A stretch of 61,979 bases of DNA from a virus (taxonomy: Duplodnaviria; Caudoviricetes). The notes under the pieces were generated by a model. That model did not search any database and was not told where the DNA came from. It worked only from the letters and a program-made list of their open reading frames with translations. Location of the stretch: IMG/VR virus record IMGVR_UViG_3300027985_000277, positions 1 through 61,979 of that record; one strand, written 5' to 3'. How positions within the stretch are numbered: the stretch's first letter is position 1; every line of letters begins with the position of its first letter. Below are positions 9,650 to 17,966 of this stretch, piece after piece. A program made the translations under genes and the position numbers.

Positions 9650-10914
9650 GCAACAAGTACGAGATTTTGGGTGAGCGTAACTACAGTCTCAAGGTTGTGA
9701 AGGTGCGGCAACTTGTTGAGTTGCCCGGGCTGGACAACCTGCGCGGTGTCCCCGTGGATGGCTACATGGCGCTGGTATCGAAGGATACCCCGCTTGGTGG
9801 GCTCATGGTGATGTTCCCGGCAGAGTGCCAGATCGCACCCGAGTTCGCGGCTATGAACAACCTGTACCGGGACGTGACGTTGAACGACGGCGATGCCGTG
9901 GGCTACTTGGAGAAGTCTGCCCGTATCCGGGCCATCAAGCTGCGCGGGCATGTATCAAGCGCGCTGCTGCTGCCCGCGTGGGAGCCAGACATGGCCGAGG
10001 GCCTTGAGTTCGATACGATCAACGGTAAGACGCTCTCGTGGAAGTACGTCCCGCCCATCCGGCGCGGGGCCAACCCGGCACAGGGGGCTGCTCAGCGTAA
10101 GGTGTGGAAGCGCGTGGACGCGAAGTACCTTCCCGAACACCCAGACACGGCTCAGTACCTGCGTGAGCAGGACAGCATCTCCGACGATGCCTGGTTCGTG
10201 GTGTCACAGAAGCTGCATGGCACCTCCGTCAGGTTTGGGCGGACTGTGGTGAAGCGCCAACTCAAGTGGTACGAACGGCTGTTGGTCAAACTCGGTGTGC
10301 CGGTGAGCGACCACGAGTACGACCTGATCGCAGGATCTCGGAAGGTCATCAAAGACCCCAAGAGCACCACGCAGAATCATTGGTACTCAACTGATCTGTG
10401 GACCAGTGAAGCGCTCAAGTACGCCGACCTGATCCCGAGCAACGTCGTGGTCTACGGCGAGTTGATCGGGTGGGTTCCGGGCACAAGCACCCCCATACAG
10501 AAGAACTACACCTACCAGGTTCCAGTGGGCGAGTGCCAACTGTGGGTCTATCGCGTGAGCATCGTGACTGAGGACGCCAAGCAGTACGACCTTGGGGACG
10601 CCGCCATGCGCGAGTTCTGCGGGGCCCGTGGCCTGAACGTGGTTCCGAAACTCTGGGAGGGGTACAAGCAAGGATTCGAGGTTGAGCGTTGGCTGGACCA
10701 ACGATTTGCCGACATGGTTTCGGAGCGATGGATGTGGGGCTCTCCTGTGCCGCTTGCCAAAGAAAGCCCTGTGGATGAGGGCGTGGTTGTCCGAATTGAG
10801 GGCATCCTCCCCCGATTTTTCAAAGCGAAAGGCCCCATTTTCTATGCGCATGAAACCGCGCAACTTGACGGTGGTGAGGCTGACCTTGAGACAGAGGGCA
10901 GCACTGAAGGCTGA
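9646..10914 (+). CDS. RNA ligase (Rnl2/DRB0094-like, N-terminal OB-type domain)
   Basis: Motifs SQKLHGTS (I), VYGELIG (III), DEGVVVR (IV), FKAK (V); N-terminal RIRAIKLRGHVS. Confidence 0.88.
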   Translation: MSNKYEILGERNYSLKVVKVRQLVELPGLDNLRGVPVDGYMALVSKDTPLGGLMVMFPAECQIAPEFAAMNNLYRDVTLNDGDAVGYLEKSARIRAIKLRGHVSSALLLPAWEPDMAEGLEFDTINGKTLSWKYVPPIRRGANPAQGAAQRKVWKRVDAKYLPEHPDTAQYLREQDSISDDAWFVVSQKLHGTSVRFGRTVVKRQLKWYERLLVKLGVPVSDHEYDLIAGSRKVIKDPKSTTQNHWYSTDLWTSEALKYADLIPSNVVVYGELIGWVPGTSTPIQKNYTYQVPVGECQLWVYRVSIVTEDAKQYDLGDAAMREFCGARGLNVVPKLWEGYKQGFEVERWLDQRFADMVSERWMWGSPVPLAKESPVDEGVVVRIEGILPRFFKAKGPIFYAHETAQLDGGEADLETEGSTEG

Positions 10915-11025
10915 ACTGGTGCAGGCTTGGAACGACTTGACCGTGGACGAGAAGTTGGCTATGCTCAAGTCAGTGCCAAACTTGTACTGGAGGTTGGCTT
11001 GGTTCATAGCGAGGGAGGGCAACAG

Positions 11026-11904
11026 GTGACACTGCACTTGATGAGGGGCATCAGCGGCAGCGGGAAGACCACGTACGCTAAGGCGCTGGATGCCGTGCGG
11101 ATCAGCCGTGACGACATCCGGGCTGAACTGACTGGGCGCAGTGACAAGTTTGCGGGCGACTTCAAGTTCGAGGCCAAGGTGACGCGCATTGAGCAGGAAC
11201 GCGTACGCAACCTGCTGGTGCAGCGCAAGGACGTGGTTGTGGACGACACCAACCTGGTGCTCAAGCACGCCCGAACTTGGGCCAACATGGCGAACGACTA
11301 CGGCCACGACTTCGAGGTGCACGACCTGAACGTGGGTGTGTCGGTGGCTGCGGCCCGCAATGCTGAGCGTGAAGACGGGGTGCCTGTAGAGGTGATCTAC
11401 AAGCAGGACTCCCGAGCTTGCTGGGACGCTATTGTGGCTGACGCCACGCACCCGTTCGTGGACTGGAGCCCGGTGGAGGTTGACTACAACCTAGAGGACA
11501 TCGTGACGTGCGATATTGACGGCACGCTGGCGATTTTGGCGGACGGTTTCAGCCCCTACGACCCCGCTCATTACCCGTACGATGGTCTCAACCGATCCGT
11601 GTTCGCTGCTGTGTGGGCCATGCAGGGCGCAGGGTACCCGCTCGTGTTCCTGTCGGGACGCGACGAGGGCGGGCGACAGGAGACGTACCGGTGGCTGATG
11701 GACACCCAGTTGGATGTGTCTGAACTGTTCATGCGCAAGGCCGGAGACACCCGCCGCGACGACGTGGTGAAGGTGGAGATGTTCAATGAACACATCCGGG
11801 GCAAGTACAACATCGTGATGCATTTCGATGATCGCCAACGTGTAGTCAATGCATTGCGGGCAATCGGGGTTACCGTGTTTCAGGTTGCTGAAGGAGATTT
11901 CTGA
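11026..11904 (+). CDS. pseT: Polynucleotide 5'-kinase / 3'-phosphatase (T4 PseT-like)
   Basis: GISGSGKT P-loop, SRDDIR, HAD motif DIDGT, FDDR. Confidence 0.9.
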   Translation: MTLHLMRGISGSGKTTYAKALDAVRISRDDIRAELTGRSDKFAGDFKFEAKVTRIEQERVRNLLVQRKDVVVDDTNLVLKHARTWANMANDYGHDFEVHDLNVGVSVAAARNAEREDGVPVEVIYKQDSRACWDAIVADATHPFVDWSPVEVDYNLEDIVTCDIDGTLAILADGFSPYDPAHYPYDGLNRSVFAAVWAMQGAGYPLVFLSGRDEGGRQETYRWLMDTQLDVSELFMRKAGDTRRDDVVKVEMFNEHIRGKYNIVMHFDDRQRVVNALRAIGVTVFQVAEGDF

Positions 11905-12636
11905 ATGCGTTACGTTGGGGGAAAGGTTCGCATCTCTAAATGGATCAAGGATCAATTGGAGCCGCTTGTCCCGAAGCATCTGAAGTACTTGGAGCCCTTT
12001 ATGGGTGGGGGTGCCGTTCTGTCAAAGATGGCTCCGTTGTTTCAAAAGGGTTGCATTTTTGCGGGGGACGCACATGAAGACTTAATTCTGATGTGGAAAG
12101 CTCTTCAACGTGGATGGATTCCCCCCGAACGGGTATCACGTCAAGAGTACGAAGAACTGCGAACAGCCCCGCCCTCTGCTCTTAGGGGATTTGTCGGGTT
12201 TGGGTCCAGTTTTTCAGGGAAATGGTTCGGAGGATATGTGGACCGGGCATACGATATTCATGCCGATTACATGATGCCGCCTTTTTCCGCTACTGCGCGC
12301 CGTGCTGTTTTGGCGGACGTGGAAAACTTTAGAGACGCAGAACTGCACTGTACTTCGTACTCAAATTGGAACCCTCACGAGGGAGTATTGGTCTATTGTG
12401 ATCCGCCTTATGCTGGATCTTTAGGCTATTCCGGAACGGATAAGTTCAACCACGACGAGTTTTGGGAGACGATGAGAAAGTGGTCTCGTCAGGGGGCTTC
12501 CGTGTTTGTTTCGGAGTATCGGGCTCCGTCCGATTTTGTGGTATTCGCAGAGCGAAGCAGGAAGGTAATGCTGCGGGCCACCAAAGGGGAAGAGCAAGAA
12601 ATTCGCACCGAAAGATTGTTCACCTTCAATGTTTAA
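11905..12636 (+). CDS. DNA adenine methyltransferase (Dam/D12 class)
   Basis: RYVGGK, EPFMGGG, YCDPPY, FVSEY. Confidence 0.9.
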   Translation: MRYVGGKVRISKWIKDQLEPLVPKHLKYLEPFMGGGAVLSKMAPLFQKGCIFAGDAHEDLILMWKALQRGWIPPERVSRQEYEELRTAPPSALRGFVGFGSSFSGKWFGGYVDRAYDIHADYMMPPFSATARRAVLADVENFRDAELHCTSYSNWNPHEGVLVYCDPPYAGSLGYSGTDKFNHDEFWETMRKWSRQGASVFVSEYRAPSDFVVFAERSRKVMLRATKGEEQEIRTERLFTFNV

Positions 12637-13363
12637 TCTCACTTCCTGGGGCATAGGTTTGCTGAAGACCCCCAGCGAGCGCGACCTGCAAACCCGTGTG
12701 GGGGCTTCGGATCTGAGCAATCAATGTACACGTTGCTTAGCGGACGCCCTGCTGGCACTCAAAAGTGACGCGATGCAGAGCGACTTCTGGCTGGCCCCAC
12801 GCATCGGCACAGGCATCCACTTGTTGATCGAGCAACGAGCCCCCGAGCATGGAGCCATCGGTGAGCATCGCGTTGTACTGGGGGAACTGCCCGGGTACGG
12901 CCCGGTGAAATCCACGCTGGACCTTTACATCACTGACGAGAACATGGTGGTGGACGCCAAGAGCACCACCCGCAAGAAGCTCGCTGCCTATAAGCGAGTG
13001 CTGTTGGAGGACGACCCCTCGGAGAGCCTGATTCCGCATCGGCTGACTGTGAACACCTACCTGAACCAGCTTATGCTGTATGGCAAGGGGGCACAGGACG
13101 AGGGCTACACCGTCGAAAGTGTGGGCATCCTGTTCATCTGCCGGGATGGCGCGGCGGACAATGATGTGTGGGGGTGGCCTGTACCGTTCGACCGCCAGAG
13201 GGCCGATGCCGTGTGGGCTCGTGCCGCGAACCTGTGGGCGTGGCTGGACTTGGGGCATGACCCGGACGAGTTGAACCGGGCTCCGGGGTGTTACACCTGC
13301 ACCCACTTGCGCCCGAAGGCCAGCCGTGGTAAGTTGTACCTGAACTTGGAGGAAGGAGCGTAA
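12629..13363 (+). CDS. Cas4-like PD-(D/E)xK exonuclease
   Basis: GASDL..QC, GTGIH, LD...VVDAK, QLMLY, C-terminal CxxC. Confidence 0.8.
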   Translation: MFNLTSWGIGLLKTPSERDLQTRVGASDLSNQCTRCLADALLALKSDAMQSDFWLAPRIGTGIHLLIEQRAPEHGAIGEHRVVLGELPGYGPVKSTLDLYITDENMVVDAKSTTRKKLAAYKRVLLEDDPSESLIPHRLTVNTYLNQLMLYGKGAQDEGYTVESVGILFICRDGAADNDVWGWPVPFDRQRADAVWARAANLWAWLDLGHDPDELNRAPGCYTCTHLRPKASRGKLYLNLEEGA

Positions 13364-13368
13364 TAAGC

Positions 13369-13704
13369 ATGGACTTTGAGGACACGGTTGCGGCCATCGC
13401 ACGAACCAAGGACCAGATTAAGGAACTGCAAGAGCACATGGAGGATCTGTACGCCACGCTGCCGCAGTCGCAGAAGGCCGGAGCTTACCCGGCAGGTCGG
13501 TACATTCTGAAGGTGCGTGACAACTACCGCTTTGATGCTGCTACGGCCATCAAAGTGCTGCCTACGATTGTGTTGCAATCCATCTTGGTGTCCAAGCCGG
13601 ATTCGGCACAGGCGCGCAAGGTGCTCAGCGGGGACGACTACGCGAAGTGCCAGAAGAAGATCGGCGTGGTTCGAGAAGTGGAGGAGGTTACCGATGAGGT
13701 TTAG
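13369..13704 (+). CDS. Hypothetical protein
   Basis: RBS; conserved-looking replication-region ORF. Confidence 0.75.
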   Translation: MDFEDTVAAIARTKDQIKELQEHMEDLYATLPQSQKAGAYPAGRYILKVRDNYRFDAATAIKVLPTIVLQSILVSKPDSAQARKVLSGDDYAKCQKKIGVVREVEEVTDEV

Positions 13705-13873
13705 CGTGTACGACAACAGCGGAGACGAAATCAGTCTGAGCCGTGAGGGCAATGTGGTGCAACTCGTTGCCACGGAGGGAAACCGCTCGGTCACGTTGGT
13801 ATTCGATGAGGATGGGTTCAAGCAGTTGCGCCGAGCCGTAGGGTACGTGTGGAATGAGCGTGACGGTGGCTAA
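13694..13873 (+). CDS. Hypothetical protein
   Basis: GGAGG RBS. Confidence 0.55.
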   Translation: MRFSVYDNSGDEISLSREGNVVQLVATEGNRSVTLVFDEDGFKQLRRAVGYVWNERDGG

Positions 13874-14093
13874 GTACAGGTTGAAGCTTGACCAGGACGA
13901 GGCTGACTTCCTGTTCAGCCTGTATCAGACGTTGAACGTGGGGGGCCCCGCTGAAAAAGCCCTGAGCGACTTCGCTGACGAGTTGCTCGACAAGGGTGGC
14001 CCTAAGGTCGAGTACGAGTTCTACCTCGGGGGCCACAAGGTGGAGCGGTTCGAACTGAACTGGGCTCCCGCTGAGAAAGCAAAGCAACGATGA
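13854..14093 (+). CDS. Hypothetical protein
   Basis: Operon packing. Confidence 0.6.
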   Translation: MSVTVAKYRLKLDQDEADFLFSLYQTLNVGGPAEKALSDFADELLDKGGPKVEYEFYLGGHKVERFELNWAPAEKAKQR

Positions 14094-14596
14094 TCACGAC
14101 CGCCGCCGAACTCGGGCGCACCGAGCCGACCGAGGATCAGGTGTTGACTATCCTTCGCACCCACGGAATCGAGTGCACTGGGTTGGGTGAAGTCACCTGC
14201 GTCGGGTGTCGTAGCGCTGGGTGGATGACGTGGGGTGAATACAGGCTCCATCTCGCCCGCGCCGTCCTCGCCCTGCTGCCCCAGCGGGTAGCGCCGAGCG
14301 TGGATGCCATCTTCCAGATGCTCGAAGCGCATCAGGACGCGGGCTCTGATCGGTGTGCCTGCGGGTACCGAGCGATGGACATCAGTGGGCATCGCGCGAG
14401 GTGGCTGTCCACCCTCTACGCCTCGCAGCCGACCGTGGCCGAGGTCAAGGCCACCGAGAAGAAGAGGGTCCTCGAAGCTATCCAGAAGCTCCCCACTACC
14501 CGCACCAAAGCGTGGGACAAGGGTTGGGATTCGGTCTCGCTCGCGGACGTGATCGCAGTTATCTTCACCGACCGGCAGGAGGCTGATCATGGCTGA
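14090..14596 (+). CDS. Hypothetical modular protein, partial paralog of 24455-24901
   Basis: Shares ARAVLALLPQRVAP and PTVAEVKA blocks. Confidence 0.7.
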   Translation: MITTAAELGRTEPTEDQVLTILRTHGIECTGLGEVTCVGCRSAGWMTWGEYRLHLARAVLALLPQRVAPSVDAIFQMLEAHQDAGSDRCACGYRAMDISGHRARWLSTLYASQPTVAEVKATEKKRVLEAIQKLPTTRTKAWDKGWDSVSLADVIAVIFTDRQEADHG

Positions 14597-14670
14597 GTGG
14601 TTTGATCCCGTGCTCCTTGCGAAGATCATCGTCGGATTCGTCGTACTCGCTGCCGTGGTGGTGATCCTTC

Positions 14671-14925
14671 ATGGCTGAGTGGACGACCGAGGATGTGCGG
14701 GAGGTTGTCATCCAATGGGGGGATGACCGTGGGACGGGCGCAATAGCGGAGGCCCTGCTCGACAGGTGGATGGACGCTCACGACGCCGAGGTGCGGGCGC
14801 AGGCGGTGTTGGACGCGGCGGACGCTCTTGGCGAGACCTTTGCGCAAGCGAGCGAAAGCCGACCCCGAGGAATCCTCCAGACGGTTGATTGGCTCCGCGC
14901 CCGCGCTGAGCGTGGGGAGGCGTGA
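14671..14925 (+). CDS. Hypothetical protein, paralog of 23436-23720
   Basis: Shares AEWTTEDVR, AHDAEVRAQA and RARAExGEA. Confidence 0.7.
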   Translation: MAEWTTEDVREVVIQWGDDRGTGAIAEALLDRWMDAHDAEVRAQAVLDAADALGETFAQASESRPRGILQTVDWLRARAERGEA

Positions 14926-15227
14926 TTGCTTTGGAGGTGATGTGTGTACCACCCGTTCACGCCTGCGGCAATGAGGACGCAGGGCACTACTGCGCTCGCA
15001 AGTACGGACACTTGGGGCAGCACACCTGTACGTGTTACCGTACCTGGGGGATTGACCGCGTTCTGGAGCGGGCCCGTATTCTGTACCGCATTTGGGCCAC
15101 TGTTCCGTATACTGAGGCTCCTGAAATACCCAGCCCCAAACTAGTGGACGCTGCGGTGTTGGCTCACGGGAGTCCATGGTGGAGGATGGCTGAAGAGATG
15201 GAGAAGTATGACAACGCTACTCGCTGA
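14922..15227 (+). CDS. Hypothetical Cys/His-rich protein
   Basis: GTGA overlap. Confidence 0.55.
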   Translation: MIALEVMCVPPVHACGNEDAGHYCARKYGHLGQHTCTCYRTWGIDRVLERARILYRIWATVPYTEAPEIPSPKLVDAAVLAHGSPWWRMAEEMEKYDNATR

Positions 15228-15432
15228 ACCGGGAGACTCTTGGCAGGAGCGATCCGAAGAACTATTGGCGACAATTGACCGAGTGACCGCTGCGATGGCC
15301 GACGAATACGGTCTTATGCTGCTCACCAACGACGGTGTGGGCTACCACAAGTTGCAGGCGCAGTTCAAGGAAGCGAACGACGAATTGAGCCGCATCTGGC
15401 GTGACCATCCTCCGGAGGCCGTGCTACCATGA
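15208..15432 (+). CDS. Hypothetical protein
   Basis: GGAG RBS. Confidence 0.6.
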   Translation: MTTLLAEPGDSWQERSEELLATIDRVTAAMADEYGLMLLTNDGVGYHKLQAQFKEANDELSRIWRDHPPEAVLP

Positions 15433-15599
15433 ACGTCTACCCTCAGCACGGCCCAGACCCCAAGGTGGTCGTGGAGATGTCCCCGGAGGAAGCTTATCGG
15501 TTATCGGACATTCTCTACGACTCTCCTGAGTCTAAGCAGTTTGATTGGTACTTGATTGATCGAATTGCACTGGAACTAATGGAAGGAAACAATGGCTGA
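15429..15599 (+). CDS. Hypothetical protein (56 aa, below ORF-track cutoff)
   Basis: ATGA overlap; MNVYPQHGPDPKVVVEMSPEEAYRL... Confidence 0.55.
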   Translation: MNVYPQHGPDPKVVVEMSPEEAYRLSDILYDSPESKQFDWYLIDRIALELMEGNNG

Positions 15600-16350
15600 A
15601 ACTAGCCCAGACGAGTTCGATTTGGACTCAGTGTTGTCCAAGTATGTGGTGAAGCCGGTGGCTTCGGCCAAGCCGGAACTGCTCATGTTCTATAGCCCTC
15701 CTGGTTCGGGCAAGACTTGGCTGGCAGCATCTGCCAGCGAACTGCCCGGGGTCAAGAAGGTGCTCTACCTTGACATCGAGGGCTCCACGGTCGGCACACT
15801 GGGGTCGTTCGACCCAAAGAAAATCGACATCATCGAGGTTTACAAGCACCCTGACCCGTTTGCATTCGCCAACACGGTCCTTACCAAACTCGGTGACCCC
15901 GCTGCCAAGCACAGCTACGATGTGGTGGTGATCGACACCTTCGACACCTTGCAGGATCTGTCGATCAAGGCGTTCGACTCCAGCGACGGTTGGGAAATGT
16001 GGCGGGACGTGAAGGACTGGTCAACCGATATCGCCAAGATGCTCAAGCGCATCGCCCCTCTCGGCATCCTTGTGGTGCACGACCGGGAGGAGAAGTCCGA
16101 ATCCGGTGCTGTGGTGGCGCGACTGCGGTTGGCCGGTGCTGCCAAGGACATCCTTCCGGGCATCCCGGACGTGGTGGCCTACCTTGAGCGCAAGATCGAC
16201 AAGGAGGACGGCGAGGTGCATACCTACGCCTACTTCGAGAACTCGAACAAGAAAGTGACGAAGAACAGGTTCGGCTTCCCGCCCATCGTGAAGGACGTGA
16301 CGCTGGTGAACCTGTGGAAGTACATCGACAAGAAGGGAGAAGGTAAGTAA
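15592..16350 (+). CDS. AAA_24 / Sak4-like ATPase (recombinase)
   Basis: YSPPGSGKT, YLDIEG, VVIDT, TKNRF. Confidence 0.85.
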   Translation: MAETSPDEFDLDSVLSKYVVKPVASAKPELLMFYSPPGSGKTWLAASASELPGVKKVLYLDIEGSTVGTLGSFDPKKIDIIEVYKHPDPFAFANTVLTKLGDPAAKHSYDVVVIDTFDTLQDLSIKAFDSSDGWEMWRDVKDWSTDIAKMLKRIAPLGILVVHDREEKSESGAVVARLRLAGAAKDILPGIPDVVAYLERKIDKEDGEVHTYAYFENSNKKVTKNRFGFPPIVKDVTLVNLWKYIDKKGEGK

Positions 16351-16961
16351 TGGCACGTAAGGCCGAAGTAACAGGTGAGGTTTCAACCGAGGTTGGAGGT
16401 GCCTTCAAGCCGCTCCCTGCGGGACGCTACGAGGTGACCATCTTCGGGGTGGAGGAAGGCAAGTACAAGAACGGAGCCAACAAGGGCCGTCCCAACATCA
16501 ACGTCCAATACCGGATCAGCGAGGGTCAGAAGGGCACCAACCGGCGCGTCTTCCAGTTGATCCCGCTGTTCACCAACTGGGGTGGACCCGACAAGAAAGA
16601 TGCGTTCAGCTTCTTCCAGTTCTTCTCTGTTGTGCAGGGCATGTCGGAGAAGGACTTCCGGATCGCAGTGAAAGAGGACGGCGCAGCCGACAACCTTCCT
16701 GACGACGACGACCTCCTGGGCATGGAGTTGACTATCACCCTCAAGGTGGAGGACGACGAATACCATTTCGAGGAAGCCAAGAAGAAGTGGGAAGCCGAAG
16801 GCAGCAAGGGTGAGCCCCCCGTACAGGCGGACTACCAGCGCAACAGCGTCCAGAGCGTAAGCCCTGCGGGCAACGGCAACATGGACAAGGACTCCGACGA
16901 TGAGCCCTCCAGTGGCGGTGGCAGCACCAAGCGCTCGAAGGCTACGGTTCTTGACCTGTAG
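16350..16961 (+). CDS. Single-stranded DNA-binding protein (DUF669-like)
   Basis: FKPLPAGRYEVTI N-terminus, acidic tail, follows Sak4-like gene. Confidence 0.7.
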   Translation: MARKAEVTGEVSTEVGGAFKPLPAGRYEVTIFGVEEGKYKNGANKGRPNINVQYRISEGQKGTNRRVFQLIPLFTNWGGPDKKDAFSFFQFFSVVQGMSEKDFRIAVKEDGAADNLPDDDDLLGMELTITLKVEDDEYHFEEAKKKWEAEGSKGEPPVQADYQRNSVQSVSPAGNGNMDKDSDDEPSSGGGSTKRSKATVLDL

Positions 16962-16979
16962 AACGTAGTGGTGTAAGGT
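16951..16979 (+). promoter_or_regulatory. SigA-type promoter TTGACC-N17-TAAGGT driving the ncRNA cluster
   Basis: Spacing fits; first RNA helix starts ~7 nt downstream. Confidence 0.65.
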
Positions 16980-16985
16980 AGTTCC

Positions 16986-17354
16986 TGTTGTAAGGGGCGA
17001 GCGCCACGGGCCCTTAGCCCTGACAACTTCATAGAGCAACACAGACCTGATCAGTCTGTGGAGGGTGGCTGAACATCGCGGGACTGCCAGTTCTGCGGCG
17101 AAAGGCGCAACTGGGGCTTAGCGGCCCTACCTTAGCGGGTGTAACAGTTGGCGGGCTCAAAAGGGGTACTCACTAGAGCGCACTGGCTTGGCCTTGGCGG
17201 TAAAACCCAATCCGCCCCCTCGCCCGACTCGGGCACTCCGTACAGGGGTCGTTCTAGTTCCGAGCAGCGCGGACAATGCGTGAGTCCGACGCAACAATAT
17301 ACGCGGTAAAGGTAGGGACCGCGCCCAAGCCCGCCTGACAGCCGGAAAGACGGC
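16986..17354 (+). ncRNA. Large structured ncRNA A (unassigned)
   Basis: No credible CDS; many helices and two loop-mediated long-range pairings. Confidence 0.6.
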
Positions 17355-17360
17355 GGTTCC

Positions 17361-17439
17361 GGGCCTTAATAGGTTTCGACGGTTGCTAACGCCCCACGAG
17401 GGACACAACCGGAAGCGAGTTCGATTCTCGCAAGGTCCA
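17361..17439 (+). ncRNA. tmRNA-like RNA consisting only of the tRNA-like domain
   Basis: GGGCCTT/AAGGTCC acceptor with G3-U70, GGTTTCGAC D-loop motif, GGTTG/CAACC P2, T-arm GCGAG-TTCGATT-CTCGC, discriminator A. Confidence 0.8.
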
Positions 17440-17444
17440 CGAGC

Positions 17445-17710
17445 AACTGTGAGTCGTGCTTGCGAGGTGGCACCTTCGAACTCTGACTCTCTGTGGGGTC
17501 TGGACCACACATCACCCAGACTGGCCGTAGACAGCTACTACGAGATGCTGTTAGCCACAGCAGGGTGTCCCCTAGTACCGGTGGGGCAGGCGCTTCGAGT
17601 GCGCAGCACCTACGATGGGCCCCTCTGGCGGAGGGTTTGGCGGTTCGGTTACGCCCATCTAAGCCCGGACACCCGGCCCGTCTGTGCCGCCAGCACCTGG
17701 GGCCGGGATT
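17445..17710 (+). ncRNA. Large structured ncRNA B (unassigned)
   Basis: GGGTGTCC/GGACACCC multibranch, 7-bp loop-loop complement, T-run at 3' end. Confidence 0.6.
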
Positions 17711-17713
17711 TTT

Positions 17714-17784
17714 GCCCCCTTACCACAGTGGCAGTGGACCCGACTTGTAATCGGTTTACATGTGTTCGATTCACATAGGGGGCT
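17714..17784 (+). tRNA. tRNA-Thr(TGT)
   Basis: GCCCCCT/AGGGGGC acceptor, CCAC/GTGG D-stem, loop CTTGTAA, T-arm ATGTG-TTCGATT-CACAT; no CCA. Confidence 0.9.
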
Positions 17785-17789
17785 CGTGG

Positions 17790-17966
17790 ATAGTGAGTTC
17801 TGCTGCATGAGGGACGACCACTGAAACGGTAAGCGATGCAGTGGTGAGAGTTGGTCTGCGTCCGGACAGCCCGCAACCTATTGCGGGGTAATAAACGGCG
17901 CGGGGTATGGGGCTCTCCGATCACAGCCCCGGTGGCGGGACGCCGCACGAGAGTACTAGTCTCTCG
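17790..17966 (+). ncRNA. Structured ncRNA C (unassigned)
   Basis: Series of hairpins; no credible CDS. Confidence 0.45.

Noticed and set aside
12629-13363. Cas4-like gene as part of a CRISPR system
   Set aside because: No repeat-spacer array or other cas genes seen; solo Cas4-like nucleases are common in phage recombination modules.
17809-17835. GAGGGACGACCACTGAAACGGTAAGC resembling SAM-I riboswitch or hammerhead cores
   Set aside because: SAM-I P1/P3 elements and the hammerhead CUGAUGA core with three stems cannot be built.
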